Positions 51,133 to 64,000 of a DNA stretch of 64,000 nt are shown here, in pieces (positions within the stretch are counted from its first letter, which is position 1; each line of letters begins with the position of its first letter). The notes below the pieces were generated by a model. It searched no databases and was not told the DNA's origin. It saw nothing but the letters and a program-made list of their open reading frames with translations. The translations under genes and the position numbers were made by a program. Origin of the DNA: the human T2T-CHM13v2.0 reference genome, Homo sapiens; NCBI RefSeq assembly GCF_009914755.1, contig NC_060935.1. One strand, written 5' to 3'.

Positions 51133-54100
51133 TGTATTAGTCTATTTTCACACTGCTGATAAAGACATACCTGAGATTGGACAATTTACAAAAGAAAGAG
51201 GTTTAGTGGACTTACAGTTCCATATGGCTGGGGAGTCCTCACAATCATGGAGGAAGGCAAGGAGGAACAAGTTATGTCTTACATGGATGGCAGCAAGCAA
51301 AAAGAGAGAGAATTTGTTCAGGGAAACTCCCCCTTATAAAACCATCAGATCTCATGAGATTTATCCGCTATCACAAGAACAGCAGAGAAAAGACCCACCC
51401 CCATGATTCCATTATCTCCCACCATGTCCTTCCCACAACACATGGAAATTAAAGGAGTACAATTTAAGATGATATTTGGGTGGGGACACAGTGCCAAACC
51501 ATATCATTCCACCCCTGGTGTTGTGGGAAATCAGGGACCCCAAACAGAGGGACTGGCTGAAGCCATGACAGAAGAACGTGGATTGTGAAGATTTTGTGGA
51601 CATTTATTAGTTCCCCAAATTAATACTTTTATAATTTCTTATGCCCGTCTTTACTGCAGTCCCTAAACATAAATTGTAAAGATTTCATGGACACTTATCA
51701 CTTCCCCAATCAATACCCTTGTGATTTCCTATGCCTGTCTTTGCTTTAATCTCTTAATCCTGTCAGCCAAGGAGGATGTATGTCGCCTCAGGACCATGTG
51801 ATAATTGCATTAACTGCACAAATTGTAGAGCATGTGTGTTTAAACAATATGAAATCTGGGCACCTTGAAAAAAGAACAAGATAACAGCAATGTTTAGGAA
51901 ATAAGAGAGATAAACTTAAACTCTGACCGCTGGTGAGCCAGGCAGAACAGAGCCATATTTCTCTTCTTTCAAAAGCAAATGGGAGAAATATCGCTGAATT
52001 CTTTTTCTCAGCATGGAATATCCCTGAGAAAGAGAATGCGCACCTGGGGGTAGGTCTCTGAACTGGACCCCCGGGGCGTACCTGTCTCTTATGGTCAAGT
52101 CTGCAGAGATGAAATAAATTCCAGTCTCCCATAGCGCTCCCAGGCTTATTAGGAAGAAGAAATTCCCGCCTAATAAATTTTGGTCAGACCGGTTGATCTC
52201 AAAACCCTGTCTCCTGATAAGGTGTTACCAATGACAATGGTGCCCGAAACTTCATTAGCAATTTTAATTTCGCCTCAGTCTTGTGGTCCTGTGATCTCAT
52301 CCTGCCTCCACTTGCCTTGTGATATTCTATTACCCTGTTAAGTACTTGATGCCTGTCACCCACACCTATTTGCACACTCCCTCCCCTTTTGAAAATCCCT
52401 AATAAAAACTTGCTGGTTTTTGTGGCTTGTGGGGCATCATGGATCCTACCAATGTGTGATGTCTCCCCTGGACACCCAGCTTTAAAATTTCTCTCTTTTG
52501 TACTCTGTCCCTTTATTTCTCAAGCCAGCCAACACTTAGGAAAATAGAAAAGAACCTACGTGATTTTCAGGGCAGGTTCCCCAAAACCCTGGCCCCTCCA
52601 AAATCTCATGTCCTCACATTTCAATACCAATAATATCTTCCCAACAGTCTCCCAAAGTGTTAACTCAGTTCAGCATTAACTCCAAAGTCCACAGTCCAAA
52701 CTCTCATCCAAGACAAGGCAAGTCCCTTCTACCTATGAGCCTGTGCAATCAAAAACAAGTTAGTTACTTTCTAGATACAATGGGGGTATAGGCATTGGGT
52801 AAATACAGCTGTTCCAAATGGGAGAAATTGAGCAAAGCAAAGGGGCTACAGGCATCGTGCAATCTGAAATCCAGCAGGGTAGTCAAATCTTGAAGTTCCA
52901 AAATGATCTCCTTTGACTCTACATCTCACATCAGGGTCATGCTGATGCAAGAGATGGGTTTTCATGGTCTTGGGCACCTCCGTCCCTGTAGCTCTGCAGA
53001 GTATAGTCCCCCTCCTGGCTACTTTCCCCCTGCATGGGCTGGCATTGAGTGTCTGCAGCTTTTCCAGGTGCACAGTGGATCTACCATTCTGGGGTCTGGA
53101 GGATGGTTGCCCTCTTCTCACAGCTCCACTAGGTGGTGCCCCATAGAGATTCTGTGTGGAGACTTTGACCCCACATTTCCCTTCCACACTGCCCAGCAAA
53201 GGTTCTCCATGAGGGCCCACCCCTGCAACAAACATCTGCCTGGGCATCCAAGTGTTTCCATACATCCTCTGAAATCTAGGCAGAGGTTCCCAAACCACAA
53301 TTCTTGACTTCTGTGTACCCACAAGCTCAACACCATGTGGAAGCTGCCAAGGTTTGAGGCTTCCACCCTCTGAAGCAACAGCCTGAGCTGTACCTTGGCC
53401 CCTTTTAGCCATGGTTGGAGGAACTGAAATGCAGGGCACCAAGTCCCTAGGCTTCATAGAGCAGGGAGCCCGGGGTCTGGCCCAGGAAACCATCTTTTCC
53501 TCCTAGTCCTCCGGGCCTGTGATGGGAGGGGCTGTCATGAAGATCTCTGATATGCCCTGGAGACGTTTTCACCATTGTCATGGGGAATAACATCTCGTTA
53601 CTTATGCAAATTTCTGCAGTGACTGGAATTTCTCCACAGAAAATGGGATTTTCTTTTCCATCACATAGTCAGGCTGAAAATTTTCCAAACTTTTATGCTG
53701 TTTCCTTTTTAAAACTGAATGCTTTTAACAGCACCCAAGTTACCTCTTGAATACTTTGCTGCTTAGAAATTTCTTCTGCCAGATACCCTAAATCATATAC
53801 CTCAAGTTCAAAGCTCCACAAATCTTTAGGGCAGGGGCAAAATGCAGCCAGTCCCTTTGCTAAAATATAACAAGAGTCACCTTTGCTCCAGTTCTCAACA
53901 AGTTCCTCATCTCCATCTGAGACCACCTCAGCCTGAATTCGTTGTCTATATCATTATCAGCATTTTGGACAAAGTCATTAAACAAGTCCCTAGGGAGTTC
54001 CAAACTTTCCCACATTCTCCTGTCTTCTTCTGAGCCCTCCACACTGTTCCAACCTCTGCCTGTTACACAGTTCCAAAGTCACTTCCACATTTTCAGGTAT

Positions 54101-54503
54101 TTTTTCAGCAGCACCCCACTCTACTGGTACCAATTTACTGTGTTAGTCTATTTTCATGCTGCTGATAAAGACATACCTGAGACTGGGAAGACAAAGAGGT
54201 TTAATGGACTTACAGTTCCACATGGCTGGTGAGGCCTCACAATCATGGTGGAAGGCAAGGAGGAGCAAGTCACGTCCTACATGGATGGCAGCAGGCAAAA
54301 AAAGAGAGAGTCTGTGCTGGGAAACATCCATTTTTAAAACCATCAGATCTCATTAGAATTATTCATTATCACGAGAACAGCACAGGAAAGAGCTGCCCCC
54401 ATGATTCAGTCATCTCCCACTGGGTCAGTCCCACAACATGTGAGAATTATGGGAGTACAATTCAAGATGAGTTTGGGTGGGGACACAGAGCCATAACATA
54501 TCA
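51133..54503 (-). mobile_element. Complete THE1 (A/B) MaLR provirus: LTR 54139-54503, internal, LTR 51133-51506
   Basis: Two LTRs, THE1-int (rc gtaaattggtaccagtagagtggggtgctgct), perfect TSD CCACC. Confidence 0.95.
51519..52586 (+). mobile_element. MER11 (HML-8/HERVK11) solo LTR
   Basis: tgttgtgggaaatcagggacccc...ggcaggttcccc, about 1.07 kb; perfect 6-bp TSD CCCTGG. Confidence 0.95.
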
Positions 54504-57500
54504 CCACCCTTGTCTGAGCATTTAGACCAGTCCCAGCTCTGCATTTCTCTGATAGAGCTCCCAGAGGTAACCAACAAGTTTGCAGTGTTTGCCACTGCCA
54601 CAGCCCCTATCCTATTGCCCTCATGATGGAGATCTGAGAGCTCAAGAACTGTCAAAGGCCTTCAGTATACTGCAGCTGCCATGTGGAAAAGCAGACAGAT
54701 GTTTTTCATGGAGGTCCCTGACCCTCTGGATCCTCACTGGGCAGGGCCTCCCAAACTGGGCTCCCAGTGCAGCCGCCCTACCACTCTCTGATCACCTCAG
54801 TCAGTGGTGGCTCTGTGTTTCTCTGGAGAGGAATTCCTAGAAACAACTGACAGGGTTTCTGTCATTGCTGTTGTGGTGGTACCTGTCTTTGTTGGTCTTG
54901 TGCTACAGAGCAAAGACCCTGATCACTTTGCTTGCACCTCCAGAATTCTACAGCCACTGTGTGAAGAGAAGCCCAGTCTCTCTTCCCTATGAGTCCCTGA
55001 CCCCAAGCTATTCACGAGGTAAGACCTCCAGTTTGGGCCTACATCACAGCTACCCCATCACCAGCTTATCATTCTAATTGGTAGAGGATCTGTGTTTCTG
55101 TGGGGTGAAACTCCCAGAGACAAGTGACAGGCCCTCTGCCATTGTCAATGCCAAGGTCCTTGCCTCTGCTGCACCCAAGCTGAAGAGGAAACAAAAAGCA
55201 TGAGCTTACCCTAAGGCTGCGGTGCATAGCCTGGGAGTACCAAGCTGACATCTGTGGCCAGCACCTGAGTGAAAGAGGAGTCCACAGTTTCAGAGCACTG
55301 AGAAGGGTATGGCTGCAAAAATGAGGAGATACAGAGGAGCCACGCAAAATAATACCCTATCTACCAGCCATTATGCTTAAGTGCCATCTACTGGATCATA
55401 GCTCAAACTACAACACCAAAAATAATTTTCTTAATACACTTCCATGTGAAACCAAGGGCAAGAATTCAGCCATAAATAAAGACCCTGCAAAAGTCCTCTG
55501 AAAACAGGCAGAAATGAAACCAAGGGACTGTACTCAAATTTTACCACAGTTACAAGACCATTAGCCCACACAGATGGGAAAGAGCCAGTGCAAAAACTCT
55601 GGCAATTCTAATATCCAGAGAGTCTTCTTGCCTCCACACAACTGCACTACCTCTCCAGCAATGGTTCTTAACCAGAATGAAATGGCTGAAATGACAGACG
55701 TACAATTAAGAATCTTGATGGCAATGAAGATCATTGAGATCCAGGAGAAAGTTAAAACTTATCCAAGAAATCTAAGAATCTAGTAAAATGATTCAAAGGA
55801 TGAAAGATGAAATAGCCATTTTAATAAAGAAACAAACTAATCTGATACAGCTTAAAAACACACTACTAGAATTTCATAATGCAATCAAAAATATTAACAT
55901 CAGAATAGACCAAGCTGAGGAAGGAATCTTAGAGCTCAAAGACTGGTTCTTCAACTTAATCAGAAAAATAAAATTAAAAAATGAACAAAACTGCCAAGAA
56001 TTATGGAATTATGTAAAGAGACTAACCTATGATGCTTTGGCATCTTTGAAAGAGAAAGAGAAAGCAAGAAAATTGGAAATCATTTGAGGATGTTGTCCAT
56101 GAAAATCTCCCCAACATCACTAGAAAGGTCAACATTCAAATTCAAGAAATCCAGATAATCTGTGTGAGATACTATACAAGATAACCATCCCAAAGACGCA
56201 TAGTCAGAAGATTCTCCCAGGTCAATGCAGAAGAAAAAACATTAAAGACAGCTACAGAGAAGGGGCAGAACACCTAAAAAGGAACCCCAACAGGCTAACA
56301 GTAGACCTTTCAGCAGAAACTCTACAAGCCAGAAGATCCTTAAGGAAAAGAAACTCCAACCAACAATTTTTTATCCAGCCAAACTAAGCTTCATAAGTGA
56401 AGAAAGTATGATTCCTTTCAGACAAGCAAATGCTAGGGGAATTTGTTCCTACCAGAACTGCCTTAGAAGAGATCCTTAAAGGAGCGCTAAACATGGAAAT
56501 GAAAGACTTACCATAAACCACAAAAACACCCTTAAGTACATAGACTATTGACAATATAAAGCAACTACACAATCAAGTCTACATTACAACCAGCTAACAA
56601 AACAATGACCGAAACAAATCCACATATTTCAGTGTTAACCTTTAACATAAATGGGCTAAATGCCCCATTTAAAAGGCACAAAGGGGTTAAGTTGCATAAA
56701 GAAGCAAGACCCAACTGTATGCTGCCTTTTAAAGACCCATCTCACATGCAATGATACCCATAGGCTAAAAGTAAAGTCTCTGTTCAATGCAGAAGAAAGA
56801 AAGAAAGAAGATCTGATAAACAATTCCAGCAAAGTTTCAGGATACAAAATCAATGAACAAAAATTGTTAGCATTTCTACACCTCAATAACATCCAGGCTG
56901 AGAGACAAGTGAAGAACACAGTCTCATTTGTAATAGCTGCAAAAAGAATAAAATACCTAGAAATACAGCTAACCAAGGACGTGAAAGATCTCTACCATGC
57001 GAATTATAAAACACCTCTTAAATAAATCAGAGATGACACAAAGAAATGGAAAAACATTCTATATTCATGGATAGGAAGAATCAACATTGTTAAAATGGTC
57101 ATATTACGCAAAGCAATTTACAAATTCAATGATATTCCTATAAAACTACCAATGATATTTTTCAGAGTTAGAAAAAACTATTGTAAAATTCACATGAACC
57201 CAAAAAGAGAGAGTGATAGGCCAAAGCAATCCTAAGTAAAAAGAACAAAGCTGGAGATATCACACTGCTCAACTTCAAACTATAGTACAAGGATACAGTA
57301 ACCAAAACAGCATGGTACTGGAACAAAACCAGACACATTGACCAGTGGAATAGACTAGAGAATCCAGAAATTAAGCTGCACACATACAACCAACTGACCT
57401 TTGACAAAGCCAACAATAACAAGCAATGGGGGACAGGGCACCTTATTCAATAAATGTTGTTATAACTGACTAACCATATGCAGAAGGCTAAAACTGAACT

Positions 57501-59607
57501 CCTACCTGTCACTATATACAAAAATTAACTCACGATGGATAAAAACCCTAGAAGAAAACCTAGGAAATATTATGAATATCAACCCTGGCAACATTTTCAT
57601 GATGAAAACCCCAAAAGCAATTGCAACAAGGACAAAAATTGACAAATGGGACTTAATTAAACTAATGAGTTTCTGCACAGCAAAAGAAACTATCAACAGA
57701 ATAAATAGGCAAAATATTTGTAATAGGGATAAAATATTTGTAAATTATGAATCCAACAAAGGTCTAATATTCATAGTCTATAAGAAACAAACAAGAAGAA
57801 AACAAACAACCCCACTAAAAAATTGGTAAATGACATGAACAGGCACTTCTCTAAAAGAAGAGGTACACACCACCAACAAGCATACAAAAAAGGCTCAAAA
57901 GCACTAATCATTAGAGAAATGCAAATCAAAACCGCAATGAGATACCATCTCACACCAGTCAGAATGGCTATGATTAAAAACTCAAAAAATAACAGATGCT
58001 GGCAAGGGTGCAGAGGAAAGGGAATGCTTATACACTTTGGTGGGAATGTAAATTAGTTCAGACACTGTGGAAAGCAGTTTAGAGGTTTCTCAAAAAAAAA
58101 AAAAAAACTTAAAACAGAATTACTATTTGACCCAGCAATCTCATTACTGAGTATATACCCAGAGGAATATAAATCATTCTACCATAAAGACCCATGAACA
58201 CATATGTTTACTGCAGCACTATTCACAATAGCACAGACATGGGATTAACCTAGATGCCCATCAGTGATGGACTGGAAAAAGAAAATGTGGTACATAGACA
58301 CAATGGAATACTATGCAGCCATGAAAATGAATTAAATCATGTCTTTTGCAGCAACATGGATGAAGCCAGAGGCCATTATACTAAGGGAATTAAAACAGGA
58401 ACAGAAAACCAAATATCACATGTTCTCACTTATAAGTGGGAGCTAAACACTGAGTACATGTAGACAAAAATAAGGGAACAATAGACACCAGACCTCTTTC
58501 TTGTGGTTAGAGGGTAGGAGGAGGATGAGTGTTGGAAAAATATCTACTGAGTACTGTACTCATTGCCTGGGTGACAAAATAATCTGTACACCAAACCCTT
58601 GTGACACACAATTTACCCATGTAACAAATCTGTACATGTACCTGAAATCTGAACCTAAAATAAAAGTTGGAAAAAATAAAAAATAAATAAATGAATTGAA
58701 ATCTGAAAAATACAGAAACAAAGTAGATGTTAAGTCCAAAACATTAAATAATGATAAAATTATCAATTTATCAGTAAGATATAAAAATATAAATATATAT
58801 ACCCCCAACATTAGAGCACCTACATGTATAAATCAAATATTTATAGAGATGAAATAAGATAGATAGCAATACAATAATACTAAGAGACTTCAATATCCCA
58901 TCTTCAACAGTGGACAGAACATACAGACAGAAAACTGGTAAGGAAACAGTAGACTAGAACAACACCAGAGATCAAATTGTCCTAATAGACATATACAGAA
59001 CATTTCATCCCAAAGAAGATGAATACTGGACATTCTTCACAAACATACAAGGGGAATTGTCCAGAATAGACCACATGTTAGGTCACAAAACAAATCTTAA
59101 CAAATTTAAGAACATTGAAATTATATCAAGTATCTTTTTCTTACCACAATGGTTTGAAACTAGAAACCAAAACCAGAAGGAAGATCAGAAAATTCACAAA
59201 TACGTGCATATTAAACAATACATTCCTGAACAACAAATGAAACAATAAAGAAATTTAAAAATCAAAAAATTTCTTAAGAAGATGAAAATAGAACATGCTA
59301 AAAGTTATGGAATGCAGTGAAGCACTTTTAAGAGGTACATTTATAGTGATTAACTCCTACATTAAAAATCAGAAACTAACAAGTTTTGGAAATTAGGGGG
59401 CAAAAAGAGCAGAAAGATCTTAAATAATAAATTTACCTTTATACCTCCAGAAACTAGGGGAAAAAAAAGAACATAGCTCAAAGTTAGCAGAAGGAATAAA
59501 ATAATAGGATTAAAGCAGAAATTAATGAAACAGAGACTAGAAAAACAATAGAAAAGATTAATAAAAGTTTTTCTTGAAAAGATAAACTGACAGTTCTTTA
59601 TCTATAG

Positions 59608-59964
59608 TGTATTAGTCCATTTTCACTCTGCTACAGAGAACTACATGAGACTAGGTCATTTATGAAGAAAAGAGGTTTAATTGACTAACAATTCCACATG
59701 GCTGGGCAGGCCTCAGAAAACTTACAATCATGGCAGAAGATGATAGGGAAGAAAGGTACATCTTTGGAAGAAGAGAAAAAGATAAGGGGAAGTACCACAC
59801 TTTTAAGTGATTAGATTTTGTGAGAACTCACTCACTATCACAAGAACAGCATGGAGGAAAACTCCCCCATGATCAAATCAACTCCCATAGATTCCTCCCT
59901 CAACACATAAGGATTAAAATTTGAGATGAAATTTGGGTGGGTGCACAGAGCCCAAACCATTCCA
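59608..59964 (-). mobile_element. THE1D/MSTA-type solo LTR
   Basis: gaagaaaagaggtttaattgac...cacagagcccaaacc; perfect TSD TATAG. Confidence 0.9.
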
Positions 59965-60405
59965 TATAGTTACTAAGAAAAATGGAGAAAACTCAAATAA
60001 ATTGGAAATGAAAGTGTAGACATTAAAACTGATATCACAGAAATACAAAGGATCATATGAGAGTATTATAAACAATTATACACCAACAAATTGGATAATT
60101 TAGAAGAAATGAATAAACTCCTAGAAATATACAATGTACTAACACTGAATAATGAAGAAATAGAAAACCTGAACAGACCTATAACTAGTATGGAGATTGA
60201 ATTAGTAATCAAAAACATCCCAACAAAGAAAAGCCCAGGACCAGATGACTTCACTGGTAAAGAGTTCACTGGTGAATTCTACCAAACATTTAAAGAAGAT
60301 TTAGCGGCAGTCTTTCTCAAACTTTTGTCAAAATAATGAAGAGGAGGAAATACTTTGAAACTCATTTTATGAGGCCAACATTATCCTGATACCATTATAA
60401 TAGCA

Positions 60406-60857
60406 TTTTTTAATTATACTTTAAGTTCTAGGGTACATGTGCACAACGTGCAGGTTTGTTACATAGGTATACATGTGCCTTGTTGGTTTGCTGCACCCAT
60501 CAACTCGTTATTTATATTAGGTATTTCTCCTAACGCTATCCCTCCCCGAGACCCCCACCCCCCAACAGGCCCTGGTGTGGGATGTTCCCTTCCATGTGTC
60601 CATGTGTTCTCATTGTTCAACTACCACTTATGAGTGAGAACATGCGGTGTTTGGTTTTCTGTCCTTGTGATAGTTTGCTGAGAATGATGATTTCCAGCTT
60701 CATCCATGTTCCTGCAAATGACATTAACTCATCCTTTTTATGGCTGCATAGTATTCCATGGTGTATATGTGCCACATTTTCTTTATCTAGTCTATTATTG
60801 ATGGACATTTGGGTTGATTTCAAGTCTTTGCTATTGTGAATAGTGCCACAATAACAT
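60406..60857 (-). mobile_element. 5'-truncated L1PA5/6-like 3' end
   Basis: attatactttaagttctagggtacatgtgcacaacgtgcagg; rc SKLSQGQKTKHRMFSL. Confidence 0.95.
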
Positions 60858-62106
60858 TTTAAAATGCCATTTTACAATAGCATTAAAAAGAATAAAATAC
60901 TTAGGAATAAACTTAACCAAGGAAGTGTAAGATTTATACAATGAAAAGTATAAAACATTGATGAAAAAAACAAAGAAGACATCAATATATGAAAAGATAA
61001 TCTGTGTTCATGGGTTATAATAATATTACTAAAATGTCCGTACTACCCAATGTGATCTACAGATTTAATGTTATCCCCCATGAAACCCCAATGGCATTTT
61101 TATAGAAATTTTTAAAATCCTAAACTTTATATGCAATCACAAAAGACCTAGAATAGCCGAAGCAATCTTGAGAAAGAACAAAGCTGGAGGCATCACACTT
61201 CCAGATTTCAAAATGTATTACAAAACTAAAGTAATTTAAAAAGTATGGAACTGGCAGAAAGACAGATACATAGAATAATGAGACAGAATAGAGATCCCAG
61301 AATTAAGCCCACATATACAGTCAACTAATTTTTTTACAAGAGTATCCAGAATACACAATGGGTAGAGGATAGTCCCTTCAATAAATGTTGGGTAAGATAG
61401 ATAGGCATAGGCAAAGAATAAAATTGAACCCCATTACATCATACACAAAAATCGACTCAAAGTGGATTAAAGCCTTAAATGTAAAACCTAAAACTGCAAA
61501 CTTCTAGACTGAAACCCAGGAGAAAGTTTTAATGGCCTTGGTCTGGGCAATTATTTCTTGATATGGCACCAAAAGCACAGACAACAAGAGGAAAAATAGA
61601 TAAGTGGGACTACATTAAACCAAAAAGCTTCTGCTCAGCAAAGGAAACAATAAACAGAGTTTAAAACAACCTACAGAATGGGGAAACATTATTTGTAAAC
61701 CATTAATCTGTTAAAGAATTAATCTACAAAATATATAAGAAATTGCTACAGTCTAAGAGCAAAAAGCAAATAATTTAAAAATGGGCAAAGTAGTTGAATA
61801 GACATGTTTCCAAAAAAGACATAAAAATGGCCACCATAAGGGTAAACTTTATACTGACAAAAAAGAGCATTCTAGGAAGATGACTGAAATCTCTTCCTAC
61901 TTTTCAAACTTACCTATCCATGAATACCTATCCAACAACCATTGCTCCCCTTCGTACTTGTAAAAAATAAACAAACAAACAAACAAAAAATGAAAAAAGA
62001 AACAAACCTGGCTTTATTAAACTATCAGATGGCCATATTTTTTTCAGAGAAATCTGAACCTGTTGCAAACCTAAGAGATGAACCATAATAGGCTTAAACC
62101 AATATT

Positions 62107-62665
62107 GTGGTGGAGTATTGGGAAGTACAAGTCAACAAAAATGCTCCTGTATTCTCCCTCTGAGATGTGGTAATCTGAAAATAACACCTGGCACCACGGC
62201 AGCTATCTTGACATCATGAGGTTAGTCAGCCGGAGGAAAAAAGACAGGAGGGCAGAAAAATGGAAGGAAAACAGGCCTTTGATGATGACATACAGACACT
62301 GAGTTTACCAATGCTAGAATTTCCCTAGCTTCAAGTAAAGGTTTTTCACACTTGTCACTATGGACATTTTAGAGGAGATAATTTTTTTTTTTTTTTTTTT
62401 TATAGAATGCTGACCTGTGCATTGTATGAATACAGGATGCTAATCAGCATCCCTGGCCTCTACCCACTAAATGCTAGTATCATTCTTTCCCTTGGGTGAC
62501 AAGCCAAGTATGTCTCCAGACATTGCTAAATGTTTTCTGGCTAGCAAAACATTCCACAAAGCTGATCTTGGCTAAGAACCACTGATTTAGGTTTATCGTT
62601 ATATAAGATATGTTTCTTATTTTTTCAGGCATCTTAACTGGATATGTAGCCTAAAGAATCCTAGT
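62107..62665 (+). mobile_element. MLT1 (I/J-like) LTR split by MER20
   Basis: ggcagctatcttgacatcatgagg...gcctttgatgatgacat. Confidence 0.6.
62337..62584 (+). mobile_element. MER20 (hAT-Charlie) with expanded poly-T
   Basis: cagcatccctggcctctacccactaaatgc; tctccagacattgc; TIR agaaccactg. Confidence 0.88.
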
Positions 62666-62749
62666 CAAGAGCATTATGGCATCAACCGTACCTTTTTGTT
62701 CCATTTTTACCTTTTATTTATTTATTTTTTGTTTGGGTATCTGTTTGCA

Positions 62750-62845
62750 AAAGCCTTTCTTTCTTTCTTTTTTTCCCTCCCTTCCTTTTTTCCTTTCTTC
62801 TTTCCATATTTCTTTCCTTCCTTCATATTTTGTTTCTTTTTTTCA
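62750..62845. repeat. CT-rich low-complexity tract
   Basis: (CTTT/CCTT)-like. Confidence 0.8.
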
Positions 62846-63914
62846 TTTGTATCAGAAAAATCATGAGTCTGGATAAAATAGTTATTAGAGTTAGATTTGA
62901 TAAGCTTGAGATGATTATGATTCATGCATTAAATCAGAGAAGTTGGAGTGACAAGGCCACTTATCAACTGATTGTTGAACAGAATGGCAAGAAATGAATT
63001 ACTGCATCTGCTCCTCTTTCTCAGAGGTATTGTCAAGAATAAATCATAGATGCTGATTTTGAATCTCTTGATGAGATATAACAAAATATTCTGCTCACAA
63101 ACAGGCTTGAGTCACTCCAGGCAAAGCAAGGGTGGATGCAGCATGTTGAAGGAAAAAAATACACAAAAATATTGCTTAGAAATCATCCGTGAAAAGTCCT
63201 TACTCTCCCTTACTACCTCTGACAGCATAATATCCTAACCCTTTCATAATGACAGCCATAACCTTTACTTTTGTATACACTTCTGAAAAAGAAATTTGTG
63301 TATCAAATTATAAAAATTAGCATTATCATGAAGTGAATTTACTTGAAATGAGTTAAAGATATGTACTAAAATTGCTATGTTATGTATTTGGGAATATTCT
63401 CTTTCCCTAGAATTCTTCTATGGCAGATATAATGTAGCTATAATTACAGATTGTCAAAATCGAGTTTTGCTTCAATTTAACATAATTAAAACTAGTTCTA
63501 CCAAATTCAGTGTCCTTATTTTTGTAGCAAGAATAACTTAATGTCTTCTTTCTGTAGTTGAAAAACTACAAGCCTAATGGAGCATTTGTGCTTCAGAATT
63601 CAAGTGCCATGTTTGTCAATGATGCATCTATATTCAATGCCAAGGTTTTTATTAGTTATGCTATGACAATTAAATAACAGCTTTACAATTTCAGAGGCAA
63701 GTCATTATCACAATTTAAATGGAATTTCTAAATAATTGAACTCTTAAAAGACGTATATAGCTTTTCAAATACTGTGTATGATTTACCACATGGCAAATTT
63801 TATTATTCAAAGAAACTTCAGATCAACCCTACAACTTCAGTAAATGGTCATCCAACTGGGGTTGCAATGCTTTGTTGCAAAGTGCTTCATTCCATTGGTG
63901 AACAACTCTGATGC

Positions 63915-63990
63915 AATTCCTTCTTCTTTCCCACCCTCTCTCCTCTCTCCCTCTCTTCCTACTTCCTTCTTTTTTTTTCTTTTCTTTATT
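63915..63990. repeat. Polypyrimidine tract
   Basis: Direct reading. Confidence 0.8.
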
Positions 63991-64000
63991 CCACAACTTA

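Larger units (their letters stand above)
50547..58695 (+). mobile_element. L1PA15/16-like element with 5'UTR, ORF1 and internally deleted ORF2
   Basis: 5' gcaaggtggctgactagaagcagcta; ORF1 MGKSQCKNSGNS at 55574; ORF2 start near 56605; 3' gaacctaaaataaaagttgg. Confidence 0.9.
49215..61833 (+). mobile_element. L1MA-type host element (ORF1 3' part to ORF2), interrupted by four direct inserts
   Basis: Endonuclease sequence stops at about 50545 and resumes at about 58715; SRIDHMLGHKTNLNKFK; [11 protein letters not shown]. Confidence 0.88.

Noticed and set aside
52846-53493. 215-aa ORF, the longest in the window
   Set aside because: Decayed THE1 internal sequence; no evidence of domestication

Overview
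Primate genomic DNA, probably human or another catarrhine (AluJ/S/Y, L1PA5-16, THE1, MER11). It is AT-rich, CpG-poor and mostly interspersed repeats, so it looks intergenic or like a deep intron. I found no recognisable protein-coding gene, RNA gene, CRISPR array or prokaryotic feature; the listed ORFs come from repeats or are chance frames. Main structures: (1) a two-LTR MER4-group (MER65-like) ERV1 provirus at 14.1-20.3 kb; (2) an old L1M at 22.9-27.7 kb; (3) a cluster of MaLR/ERVL LTRs at 31-36 kb; (4) a rearranged L1PA5/6-like element at 45.3-48.1 kb whose 5' half and upstream flank are inverted; (5) a four-level nest L1MA > L1PA15/16 > THE1 provirus > MER11 at 49-62 kb. The main stretches without a recognisable repeat (about 0-0.5, 3.4-4.3, 8.6-9.3 and 39.6-40.7 kb) hold candidate regulatory motifs and two well-formed splice-bounded candidate exons that could belong to a + strand lncRNA or micropeptide transcript. 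I cannot support a new biological system; the best leads are structural and regulatory. Subfamily names come from recalled consensus sequences, and boundaries without a TSD are approximate.
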